Source: Acutalibacteraceae bacterium (lineage in GTDB: Bacteria > Bacillota > Clostridia > Oscillospirales > Acutalibacteraceae). From it: a stretch of DNA of 64,000 nt. Every line of letters starts with the position of its first letter. Position 1 is the stretch's first letter. Shown in pieces: positions 20,437 through 28,988 of this stretch. Where the stretch lies: assembly GCA_045654405.1 (NCBI GenBank), contig JAZONH010000044.1, forward strand, positions 56,817 through 120,816, given 5' to 3'. The position numbers and the translations under genes were made by a program. Below the pieces are notes generated by a model. That model made no database searches and was not told where the DNA came from. It saw only the letters and a program-made list of their open reading frames with translations.

Positions 20437-22233
20437 ATGGCAGAGAACAGACTTCTCGGCGATTACCCCGTAATCGGTATTCGTCCCACTATCGACGGCA
20501 GACGCGGCCCCCTCAAGGTTAGAGAATCTCTTGAAGAGCAGACCATGAACATGGCTAAGTCCGCTGCTAAGCTTTTTACAGAAAATCTTAAATATTCAAA
20601 CGGCGAGCCCGTAAAGGTTGTTATCGCTGATACAACTATCGGCCGTGTTGCAGAAGCAGCCGCTTGTGCAGACAAATTCCGCAAGGAGGGCGTAAGCATT
20701 ACACTTACAGTTACTCCCTGCTGGTGCTACGGTTGCGAAACAATGGATATGGATCCCACAACAATCAAGGGCGTTTGGGGCTTCAACGGCACAGAGCGTC
20801 CCGGTGCAGTTTACCTTGCAGCAGTTCTTGCAGCACATGCACAGAAGGGTCTTCCCGCTTTCGGTATCTACGGTCATGACGTTCAGGATGCCGACGACAC
20901 ATCCATCCCCGCAGACGTACAGGAAAAGCTCCTTCGTTTTGCAAGAGCAGCAGTTGCAGCCGCAACAATGAAGGGCACATCTTACCTTCAGATTGGTTCA
21001 ATCTGCATGGGTATTGCAGGCTCATCAATCGACACAGACTTCTTCGAGGAATACCTTGGCATGCGTATCGAATCAATCGACGAGGTTGAGGTTATCCGTC
21101 GAATGTCTGAGGGCATCTATGATGAAGAGGAATATCAGAGAGCTTACAAATGGGTAAGAGAAAACTGCAAGGAAGGCTTCGACAAGAACCCCGACTTCGT
21201 AAAGAAGAGCGACGAGCAGAAAGAAAAAGACTGGGAATTCACAGTTAAGATGATGTGCATCATTAAGGACCTTATGAATGGTAACAAAAACCTTCCCGAG
21301 GGCTGTGAGGAGGAAATGGTTGGCCACAACGCTATCGCAGCAGGCTTCCAGGGTCAGAGACAGTGGACAGACTTCTATCCCAACGCTGACTTTGCAGAGG
21401 CAATGCTCAACACAAGCTTTGACTGGAACGGCGCTCGTGAGCCCTACATCCTTGCAACAGAAAACGATACACTTAACGCTGTAAGCATGCTCTTCATGAA
21501 GCTTCTTACAAACCGAGCTCAGATGTTCGCTGACGTTCGTACCTACTGGAGCCCTGAGGCTCTTAAGAGAGCAACAGGCTACGAGCTTGAAGGCAAGGCA
21601 AAGGAAAGCAAGGGCTTTATCCACCTTATCAACTCAGGTGCTTGCTGTCTTGACGCTTGCGGTGAGGTTAAGGACGAAAACGGCAACGGTATCATCAAGG
21701 AGTGGTACAACGTTACCGACGAGGATATTAAGACAATCAACGATGCTACCGAATGGTGTGCAGCTGACAACGGTTACTTCCGTGGCGGCGGATATTCAAG
21801 CCGTTTCCTTACACGTGCTGAAATGCCCGCAACTATGATCCGTCTTAACCTTGTTAAGGGCCTTGGACCCACACTTCAGATTTGCGAAGGCTACACAGTT
21901 GCTCTTCCCGATGATATTTCACACAAAATCTGGGCAAGAACTGACTACACATGGCCCTGCACATGGTTCGCTCCCACACTTACAGGTAAGGGTCCCTTCA
22001 CCTCTGCTTACGAGGTTATGAACCACTGGGGTGCAAACCACGGCGCTATCTCCTATGGTCACATCGGTGCAGACCTTATTACACTTTGCTCGATGCTCAG
22101 AATCCCCGTTTCAATGCACAACGTTTCTGAAGATAAAATCTTCCGTCCTGCAGTTTGGAACGCATTCGGCACTCAGGACCTTGAAGGCGCAGACTTCCGC
22201 GCTTGCCAGGCCTACGGCCCCCTTTATAAATAA
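20437..22233 (+). CDS. fucI: L-fucose isomerase family protein
   Basis: 598 aa. Full-length similarity by eye to FucI ([14 protein letters not shown]-terminus, [11 protein letters not shown] near the C-terminus). Confidence 0.85.
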   Translation: MAENRLLGDYPVIGIRPTIDGRRGPLKVRESLEEQTMNMAKSAAKLFTENLKYSNGEPVKVVIADTTIGRVAEAAACADKFRKEGVSITLTVTPCWCYGCETMDMDPTTIKGVWGFNGTERPGAVYLAAVLAAHAQKGLPAFGIYGHDVQDADDTSIPADVQEKLLRFARAAVAAATMKGTSYLQIGSICMGIAGSSIDTDFFEEYLGMRIESIDEVEVIRRMSEGIYDEEEYQRAYKWVRENCKEGFDKNPDFVKKSDEQKEKDWEFTVKMMCIIKDLMNGNKNLPEGCEEEMVGHNAIAAGFQGQRQWTDFYPNADFAEAMLNTSFDWNGAREPYILATENDTLNAVSMLFMKLLTNRAQMFADVRTYWSPEALKRATGYELEGKAKESKGFIHLINSGACCLDACGEVKDENGNGIIKEWYNVTDEDIKTINDATEWCAADNGYFRGGGYSSRFLTRAEMPATMIRLNLVKGLGPTLQICEGYTVALPDDISHKIWARTDYTWPCTWFAPTLTGKGPFTSAYEVMNHWGANHGAISYGHIGADLITLCSMLRIPVSMHNVSEDKIFRPAVWNAFGTQDLEGADFRACQAYGPLYK

Positions 22234-22246
22234 TTCAAACTACAAC

Positions 22247-22281
22247 AAAACCTTCCTTCGAATTATACGAAGGAAGGTTTT
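22247..22281. terminator. Bidirectional terminator
   Basis: AAAACCTTCCTTCG-AATTATA-CGAAGGAAGGTTTT, a perfect 14-bp stem. Confidence 0.85.
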
Positions 22282-22291
22282 AATTTCTGCT

Positions 22292-23050
22292 TTATTTCTT
22301 TTTACCTTTAACTACCAAAACTACAATCACACATATCACAGCACCGCACATAAGTGCAACCGAAGAAATCACGGCAATAATTATAATGTTTCTTACAATG
22401 GGTTTTACGGGAATGTCAGAGGCCGAATTCTCCTCATACTCTATGTATTCTTCCTCTGCATATTCCTCGTCTTCTGCGTATTCATCATATACTTCGTCCG
22501 CGGATGTGTCATAAACTAAGGGTTCACCCGTCTCCCCGTTAAGCTCCATGTTTTTAACAGCGTTAAGTAAAGAATCATAGGTCATACCATCTTCAATACC
22601 CAATAATTGAACCTCGTAAAAATATTTGCCTCCACAAATAAAAATATCTGCACTCGTATCAGTTGTTTCTGAATAATTATAATCCTCAAGAATAATAGCC
22701 GGATATCCGTCAATGTAGCAATCTGTTATTGTGTAGTATTCTCCATACATCTCTCGCAAATACTCAAGCATGGCAGGATAATCCTCTGGTCCCTCACAAT
22801 ACTGTTCACCCTGCCAATCAAATGCATCATAGTAAATTGTAAATTCGATTTCACCATATCCGGCATATTCATCATCGATTTCCCATTCATACCAATAGGC
22901 ATTCCCCAGATCCTCGTGCCCGAAAACGGCCAGATTCATTCCCGTCTCAAGCTTAATATCGCCCGCGCCCTCGTAGCATGTTGCTGATGCACCTACAATA
23001 AACAAACTGCCCATAATTAATGCCAATAATACTGATACTATCTTTTTCAT
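22292..23050 (-). CDS. Exported acidic protein with a C-terminal membrane anchor
   Basis: Start at the ATG at 23050 (MKKIVSVLLALIMGSLFIVGASA signal peptide). Acidic Y/E-rich tract, then the TM IIIIAVISSVALMCGAVICVIVVLVV and KGKKK. Confidence 0.6.
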   Translation of the reverse strand: MKKIVSVLLALIMGSLFIVGASATCYEGAGDIKLETGMNLAVFGHEDLGNAYWYEWEIDDEYAGYGEIEFTIYYDAFDWQGEQYCEGPEDYPAMLEYLREMYGEYYTITDCYIDGYPAIILEDYNYSETTDTSADIFICGGKYFYEVQLLGIEDGMTYDSLLNAVKNMELNGETGEPLVYDTSADEVYDEYAEDEEYAEEEYIEYEENSASDIPVKPIVRNIIIIAVISSVALMCGAVICVIVVLVVKGKKK

Positions 23051-23075
23051 AAAAACCACCTGATAATTTAATTTT

Positions 23076-23342
23076 TTATTTTGTAATTCCGTATTCCTCA
23101 GCCATCCATCTGTCGTGACATTCTTCACAGACATAGTGACTCACATGCTTCTCAAAAACAAGACTTTTTCTGCAATCGTAACAACGGTAATTGAAAAATG
23201 ATATAACAACCACGCACACAACCGCAACAAGGATTATCAAGAGCAACAAAACCGTCATGGCAAGGGCTATAATAATCTCCTTGCTATTTTCAGACCTTTT
23301 ATTTTCTTGCGATAACTTTTCCACAGTATTTTGATAAAGCAT
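23076..23342 (-). CDS. Small single-TM protein with a C-terminal CxxC...CxxC motif (paralog of 23368-23748)
   Basis: ATG at 23342 after GGAGGAG. 89 aa. C-terminal NYRCYDCRKSLVFEKHVSHYVCEECHDRWMAEEYGITK. Confidence 0.55.
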   Translation of the reverse strand: MLYQNTVEKLSQENKRSENSKEIIIALAMTVLLLLIILVAVVCVVVISFFNYRCYDCRKSLVFEKHVSHYVCEECHDRWMAEEYGITK

Positions 23343-23367
23343 TTTTTCTCCTCCAAAAACACGGTTT

Positions 23368-23748
23368 TCAAGAATCCACTCTTTCTCCGCTAAACGTAAT
23401 ACCGTATTCCTCGGACATCCAAGCATTGTGACATTGGTTGCAAACCCATCGCCCGTACTCTCCGTCATCGGACATAATGATATGCTCCTCAAAAACAACA
23501 AACTTATTGCAATCGGCACAACGGTAGCTGAAAAGCTGTATAATCCCAACAGATACTACTGCAGCAACAATCAGTGAAAACACCAAAAACACAGAAACAA
23601 CTGCAATAATAATCTTTTTCTTGCTTTTTGAAGGCCCTTTGTTTGCTTTTTTCGATTGTAACGAAGCGTTCTGCACAAGCTTCATACCACAATTCGGACA
23701 AAAATCCACAGCCTCAGTAGTTTGGTATCCACATCGTGAACAAAACAT
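23368..23748 (-). CDS. Zinc-ribbon / single-TM protein with a C-terminal CxxC...CxxC motif
   Basis: 126 aa. N-terminal CSRCG..x..CPNCG zinc ribbon, a K-rich stretch, a TM, then SYRCADCNKFVVFEEH...WVCNQCHNAWMSEEYGIT. Confidence 0.6.
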   Translation of the reverse strand: MFCSRCGYQTTEAVDFCPNCGMKLVQNASLQSKKANKGPSKSKKKIIIAVVSVFLVFSLIVAAVVSVGIIQLFSYRCADCNKFVVFEEHIIMSDDGEYGRWVCNQCHNAWMSEEYGITFSGERVDS

Positions 23749-23837
23749 TTTTACATCATCCTTTACTACAAGTCTTATATTTTACATTAAACCATTATTT
23801 TAAAACTAAACCTATTCTGTCCCACCGAATATTTCTA

Positions 23838-23995
23838 CCCATTTTTTCTGCCGTAGGGTATTTACGCCCGACTTTGCGCCCCAAAACTCCTCACTCAAAT
23901 AATCTTGCGGTACGCATAGATGCGTACCCTACGGTTGGGTTGTTTTACTTTTACTTAATTTATAATCGGCACGCAGTGCCCCTTAACTCCTAACT
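23838..23995. repeat. Hairpin-rich intergenic element that shares a core with 54802-54840
   Basis: CCGTAGGGTA (23851-23860) pairs with TACCCTACGG (23925-23934). Inner hairpin GGTACGCAT-AG-ATGCGTACC. The core TTTTACTTT...TATAATCGGCAC-GCA-GTGCCCCTTAA (23943-23986) recurs at 54802-54840. Confidence 0.6.
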
Positions 23996-24029
23996 AAAAA
24001 TCCCCTCGCATATGCGAGAGGATTTTTTG
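23996..24029 (-). terminator. Rho-independent terminator of the 629-aa surface protein gene
   Basis: On the minus strand, ATCCTCTCGCATATGCGAGGGGAT is followed by TTTTT. Confidence 0.8.
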
Positions 24030-24031
24030 TC

Positions 24032-25921
24032 TTAATATTTATCTTTGATTGTAAGACCTTTTGTATTATGTGCACTTGTTGATGAGCCGTAATAAGCCTT
24101 AACGGTGTAGGTGTAGGTTACACCCTTCTTCGCTGTTTTGTCGAGGTAAGTAATTTTACTGTTACCTGAAACTGTTGCAAGCTTAACCCACCCGCCGTTA
24201 CCTGTTTTACGGTAAACGATGTAGCCGCTGGCACCCGTTACCTTGTTCCACTTTGTTGTAACGCCCGCCTTCGCACTTGTTACACTCTTGAGCGTAGGTG
24301 TTGTAAGTCTTCTTACGGCAACACCACTTGTGTTGTAAGCGCTTACGTATGAGCCGTAGTATGCCTTAACAGTGTACTTGTAGGTTGTACCGGCTTTTGC
24401 AGTTTTATCAGTATAAGAAAGTGTGCCTGCGCCCTTAACTGTTGCAACCTTTGTCCAACCACCGGTTGTTTTACGATAAACAATATATCCTGTTGCACCT
24501 GTAGCCTTTGTCCACTTAACCGTTACACCTGCATTTGCGTTGGCTGTTGTGACAGTGGGTCTTGCAAGGAAATATGTTTTAATACCGGTTTTATCATATC
24601 CACTTGCACCGGCTTCGTTAACTGCCTTTACAGTGTAAAGATAATATGTTCCTGACTTTGCGGTTTTATCTACGTAAGAGGCACTTGTGGTTTTACCGAG
24701 GTTTGTCCAGCCACTCCACTTTTTAGTTTTTGCATCGTATGTCTTACGATAAACAACGTAATTATCTGCGCCTTCAACTGCACCCCAGGTTACCTGCACA
24801 CCGCTTGCGGTGTTTGCAATTTTTGTAAGCTTGGGGGTTGCAGGCTTAAGCTGAGGGATTTCTCCAACAAAAAGTTCTTCGCCGCACAAAGTACATTCGG
24901 TATAAAACCAGCCTGCACTATACACGCTCGCATCCTCACCAATATAACAATCAGATTCATAATGACCCGGGCACTCATCTGCCCAATACTCTATACAAAA
25001 GTTTACAACGTATTCATCGTCTTCTGTTCTGTAGTTATCGTCAACAATCGCGTAAATATAATCACCTGCGTCAAGATATAAACCACCGTCAAATTCGTAG
25101 CTATCGTAGCAATCATCGAAAGTTATCTCCTCACCATTAACGGTAATCTCGATAAATGGATCCCCTTCGTTTTCAAAAGAAACAAAGCGATAATATCCAT
25201 CTTCGTTAGCTGTAAAAAAGAAGTCATATCCTGCATCTGCCGTATAGTCAACGTCCGCCTCTAAATTACCGTATGCACGAATTCCAAAATTCACATAGAA
25301 TTCTTCATAATCTGCAACGGTACAGATTATTTCCTCGCCTTCGCTAAGAGCCAGGAGAACATTGAACTCGCAATTATCTTCGCTTATATCATCAAAAATC
25401 TCAACTGTACCGTCTTCGTACACAACCTTTAAAACGGGGTCTGCGTTGTCAAAGGAATAAAACTCATATGTACCCATTTCTTCGGCAACAAACTTAAACT
25501 GGTAATCCGTAGCAACCTGATATTCCTCATCTGCGGATAATACCTCATAATATCTTTCTATATAAAAAGAAACGTCGTTATTTTCACCATCTTCAACCGT
25601 ACAGAAGATTTCTTCTCCTGCCTCCAGCTCAATAATACAACTGAACTCATAATCAAGGTTATCAAAATCCACATCGTCATACACAATAACGCTTCCGTCA
25701 GAAAATTCAACCGTCAATCTGGGGTCAAAATTATCGTAGGACGTAAATTCATACGCTCCACTTTCCTGAGCCCGGAAAAAAAAGTTTGTTCCACTTTCCA
25801 CCAGGTATTCTTCGCCACAATAAAACTGCCTGTAAAACGTTGCATTTACGCACACACCCAAACTTGACATAACGGAAAGTACCATAATTAATGCCAACAA
25901 CACACTGATTGTTTTCTTCAT
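24032..25921 (-). CDS. Secreted modular protein: three acidic beta-domain repeats, a Cys-rich linker, then three Fn3-like repeats
   Basis: Signal peptide MKKTISVLLALIMVLSVMSSLG. Repeats are seen directly in the translation (YEFTSYDNFDPRL.., YEFYSFDNADPVL.., YRFVSFENEGDPF..; GYIVYRKT..YTDKTAK..YTYTVKAYYG x3). Confidence 0.7.
   Translation of the reverse strand: MKKTISVLLALIMVLSVMSSLGVCVNATFYRQFYCGEEYLVESGTNFFFRAQESGAYEFTSYDNFDPRLTVEFSDGSVIVYDDVDFDNLDYEFSCIIELEAGEEIFCTVEDGENNDVSFYIERYYEVLSADEEYQVATDYQFKFVAEEMGTYEFYSFDNADPVLKVVYEDGTVEIFDDISEDNCEFNVLLALSEGEEIICTVADYEEFYVNFGIRAYGNLEADVDYTADAGYDFFFTANEDGYYRFVSFENEGDPFIEITVNGEEITFDDCYDSYEFDGGLYLDAGDYIYAIVDDNYRTEDDEYVVNFCIEYWADECPGHYESDCYIGEDASVYSAGWFYTECTLCGEELFVGEIPQLKPATPKLTKIANTASGVQVTWGAVEGADNYVVYRKTYDAKTKKWSGWTNLGKTTSASYVDKTAKSGTYYLYTVKAVNEAGASGYDKTGIKTYFLARPTVTTANANAGVTVKWTKATGATGYIVYRKTTGGWTKVATVKGAGTLSYTDKTAKAGTTYKYTVKAYYGSYVSAYNTSGVAVRRLTTPTLKSVTSAKAGVTTKWNKVTGASGYIVYRKTGNGGWVKLATVSGNSKITYLDKTAKKGVTYTYTVKAYYGSSTSAHNTKGLTIKDKY
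24035..24847 (-). repeat. Three in-frame ~90-aa Fn3-like coding repeats
   Basis: aa 359-629. The recurring block is V(T/Q)V(K/T)W..V.GA.GY(I/V)VYRKT...W..LA/GT......Y.DKTAK.G..Y.YTVKA. Confidence 0.7.
24992..25819 (-). repeat. Three in-frame ~90-aa acidic repeats
   Basis: aa 35-310. The recurring block is Y.F.SFDN.DP.L.V.Y.DG.V.IFDD....EF...L.L..GEEI.CTV.D. Confidence 0.6.
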
Positions 25922-26137
25922 TTTGTCTCCTCTTTTCTACATTATAAGCTTCTAACGAAATTGCATCACAATAGCAAATTTCATGCTTTTTTATATTAAA
26001 TCACTATTCTACCTCCAAATCTATTCTATGGCACAGTACAGTTTTCGAATTTTTTCTTTATTTGATTTTTTATCTTATTGACATTAATTCTAAAATACTT
26101 TATCTTAGATATTAATGGATATTAAGGTGGGTTATAT

Positions 26138-27667
26138 TTGTACAAAAAGTGTCCGAAATGCGGAGCAGAAATCCCCAAGGAATCGGCTTTCTGTTTGAAA
26201 TGTTTTTCCTCTGTTGAGGTTATTGAGCCTCTTACCGAAAAGGAAAACCACACCGCATTTTTTATGATTTGGTCTAAATTTTTAAATATCTTTAAATCAC
26301 GTCGTTTCAGAGCAAGCCTGATCGGATTAGTGGTGTTTTTTATACTTATGGGTAGCTGTATTCTGCTCATAAAAAACGCTAAAACACCGCCACCCATTAT
26401 TCCCGAAACAAGCATATTACATTTAACTGAAACCGTTGCAGTAACACAGAGCAACGGAGAGTTTGTAACTGCAGAAAACGGCGAACAGGTTTTCAACGTT
26501 GTTGACGTTACACAAGCAATAACCATTGCGCCCACTTCAACTACCGAAAAGCAAGGCTTTCTTGCCAATATATTCAACGACAAAACCACCCAAGGCAACT
26601 CAACCGTAACACTTGAAGAAACAACTGAAAAAAAGGGCTTTTGGGAAAATCTTTTTGGTAGCGCCGAAACCACCGAAGCAGGATATCAATCCACTATTAC
26701 CGAAACCACCCCTATAACTACTATACCGGAAACCACAAAGCCCACAACTACTCTCCCCCCTACAACAACTTCGGCTCAAATATCGGCAAAGGACTTTGAG
26801 TACACTATCTCAGGAAATTTTGCTACTATCACCAAATACACCGGCCAGTCTTCAACGGTTATTATTCCTGCAGTAATAGAGGGCTGTGCGGTTACACGAA
26901 TAAAGCAAAACACCTTCCAAAATAATAACTCTATTGTAACCGTTTCCTTTGAAACCAACTCCAAACAACCCTATTTATGGGTAGAACAGCAGACCTTTAA
27001 CAATTGCCCGAATCTTAGATTCATAAATTTTTCAGAAACCGATCTTGGTATCATTAACAACTTTGCCACTGATTGCTTAAGCGTTGAAAACATAAGCGTT
27101 ACAGGCTATCAATTCAAATGCATTGACGGCACGTTGTACTACAATACCGGTTCCACTTGGAAGGTGCGTTACCATTGCCCGGCAAGTCCCACCACAGAAA
27201 TAAAGCTCCCAAATAACTGTGCCGGTTTTGAATCTGCAACTAATCTTAAAGAGGCTAAAAATGTTAAAAACATTTATTTCGGCAAAAATGCGGTTTCCTT
27301 CCCTGCCTCCAACCAGTTACCGCCTAATTGCGAAAACCTTTTTGTCGATTCGGAAAATTCTGCGGCATATGATATAGGTGGTGTAGTTTTTTTGAAAAAC
27401 GGCAGTCAATATAATTGTATTTATCCTCCACAAAACAAAAGCCACTCACTTACCTTACCCGAAAACACATTGATTTACTTCCAACAGATAAAAAACCCTT
27501 ATCTGAAAACCCTTTACATACCATCAACAACAAACGCACAATATCTTGACAATGTTCTGTCACTAAAAACCTTTTCATCTCTTGAAAATCTTTATTTCGG
27601 CTCAGGGCATTCTAAAGCCGAGTACGTTTTAGTTCACAGTGACGTTCCTAACACACAATTATATTAA
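26138..27667 (+). CDS. Zinc-ribbon / TM / Thr-rich linker / BspA-type leucine-rich-repeat surface protein
   Basis: TTG start 7 nt after AAGGTGG. CPKCG..x..CLKC. TM LIGLVVFFILMGSCILLI. TTxPxTT linker. LRR units such as VIIPAVIEGCAVTRIKQNTFQNN.SIVTVSF. Confidence 0.65.
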   Translation: MYKKCPKCGAEIPKESAFCLKCFSSVEVIEPLTEKENHTAFFMIWSKFLNIFKSRRFRASLIGLVVFFILMGSCILLIKNAKTPPPIIPETSILHLTETVAVTQSNGEFVTAENGEQVFNVVDVTQAITIAPTSTTEKQGFLANIFNDKTTQGNSTVTLEETTEKKGFWENLFGSAETTEAGYQSTITETTPITTIPETTKPTTTLPPTTTSAQISAKDFEYTISGNFATITKYTGQSSTVIIPAVIEGCAVTRIKQNTFQNNNSIVTVSFETNSKQPYLWVEQQTFNNCPNLRFINFSETDLGIINNFATDCLSVENISVTGYQFKCIDGTLYYNTGSTWKVRYHCPASPTTEIKLPNNCAGFESATNLKEAKNVKNIYFGKNAVSFPASNQLPPNCENLFVDSENSAAYDIGGVVFLKNGSQYNCIYPPQNKSHSLTLPENTLIYFQQIKNPYLKTLYIPSTTNAQYLDNVLSLKTFSSLENLYFGSGHSKAEYVLVHSDVPNTQLY

Positions 27668-27681
27668 ACACGGAGAAACTT

Positions 27682-28116
27682 ATGGCTTTAAAACGAACCG
27701 ACGATTTGATTGAACAATTAAAATCCCAGGAAATTTCTTATGAAGAGTATCTCTCAGACAATGAGGATGCTTTTGAGGTAAATGACATTTCACTTTTCTG
27801 GAAAAAAATCATCAAAAAAAGTAAAATGTCTAAAATTGACATCATAAATAATGCTGATATAGGGTACACGTATTTTTATAATATTATCGGTGGCAAAAGT
27901 GTGCCCGCAAGAGATACAATTATAAAAATATTTTTAAGCATGCCCGTTGGCTTAGAACTTTGCCAGGAAGCACTCAAGATGTATAATTGGGCTTCCCTTT
28001 ATCCTAAAAATAAGCGAGACAGCATTCTTATTTATGCTTTGACCCACAATTTATCCTTATATGAAACCGAAGATATGCTTACGTCACAAGGTGAAAAGGG
28101 ATTCAAATCAATATGA
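27682..28116 (+). CDS. Putative helix-turn-helix protein
   Basis: 144 aa. MSKIDIINNADIGYTYFYNIIGGKSVPARDTIIKI looks like an XRE-type HTH. Its stop overlaps the next start (ATGA, 28113-28116). Confidence 0.5.
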   Translation: MALKRTDDLIEQLKSQEISYEEYLSDNEDAFEVNDISLFWKKIIKKSKMSKIDIINNADIGYTYFYNIIGGKSVPARDTIIKIFLSMPVGLELCQEALKMYNWASLYPKNKRDSILIYALTHNLSLYETEDMLTSQGEKGFKSI

Positions 28117-28850
28117 GCCGATACGAAGAATTCATAAAATCTACCTTGGCGGATGATTACACGCATATTGAATGTGCTAAAGACTGTGATGCTACAAAAA
28201 TTGATATATATACACACAAGGCTTCTCAAAATAAGTTGGTTTGCATATATTCTACAAACCGCAACGACCATATTTTCAGAATATTGAAGGGCATACGTAC
28301 CCCGCACCTTCCCGTTATATACGACATATGCTCATGTGAAAAAAATCTTCTGGTGTTGGAAAGCTATGTGGAAGGTAAAACTCTTGCAGAAATACTTAAA
28401 ACCAATCCACCCACACCACGAAAAGCAGTTGCGTACACTTTACAAATCTGTGAAGCTTTAAAATTTTTGCATTCAAAGCAAATCATGCATAGGGATATAA
28501 AGCCTGAAAATATAATAATTACACCTGATGACACGGCTATTCTTATTGACTTGTCAGCCGCTCGCCTTCTTACAGAAAAAGACCCCGAGCAAGCTGATAC
28601 TGTTAACCTTGGCACAGTCGGATACGCCGCACCCGAGCAATATGGCATACGCCAATCCACACCACCTACCGATATATATGCCGTGGGTGTGCTCCTTAAC
28701 GAGCTTACTGCCAGATGCCATCCCACTATAAAAACTCCCCCGGGAAGGTTGGGCAAAATTATAAAAAAATGTACGGAAACACAAATTTATAACAGATATC
28801 AGACTGTTGAAAAACTTGTTTCAGATCTGAAAAAAATCAGACGATTTTAA
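28113..28850 (+). CDS. Short Hanks-type kinase-fold protein with a degenerate N-lobe (possible pseudokinase)
   Basis: 245 aa. Catalytic loop HRDIKPENIII, DLS in place of DFG, GTVGYAAPEQ. No glycine-rich loop and no obvious VAIK lysine (KLVCIYS). Confidence 0.65.
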   Translation: MSRYEEFIKSTLADDYTHIECAKDCDATKIDIYTHKASQNKLVCIYSTNRNDHIFRILKGIRTPHLPVIYDICSCEKNLLVLESYVEGKTLAEILKTNPPTPRKAVAYTLQICEALKFLHSKQIMHRDIKPENIIITPDDTAILIDLSAARLLTEKDPEQADTVNLGTVGYAAPEQYGIRQSTPPTDIYAVGVLLNELTARCHPTIKTPPGRLGKIIKKCTETQIYNRYQTVEKLVSDLKKIRRF

Positions 28851-28882
28851 GATGCATCCATCGCGATGCATCTTTTTCTTTT
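28851..28882 (+). terminator. Rho-independent terminator
   Basis: GATGCATC-CATCGC-GATGCATC followed by TTTTTCTTTT. Confidence 0.75.
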
Positions 28883-28883
28883 A

Positions 28884-28912
28884 TTGACTTGCACAGTGAA
28901 AAATAATATAAT
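28884..28912 (+). promoter_or_regulatory. SigA-type promoter of the WG-repeat/OmpA lipoprotein gene
   Basis: TTGACT (28884-28889), 17-nt spacer, TATAAT (28907-28912). Confidence 0.55.
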
Positions 28913-28988
28913 ATGTATCATCGGAGGGTATTTATAATACTTATATCCGATGATATACTTGTTATACATTATAAAAGGAGATGTTTTT

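Noticed and set aside
23736-23993. 85-aa plus-strand ORF in the track
   Set aside because: It overlaps the structured repeat element and the start of the minus-strand zinc-ribbon gene. It has no RBS and a composition unlike the neighbouring genes.
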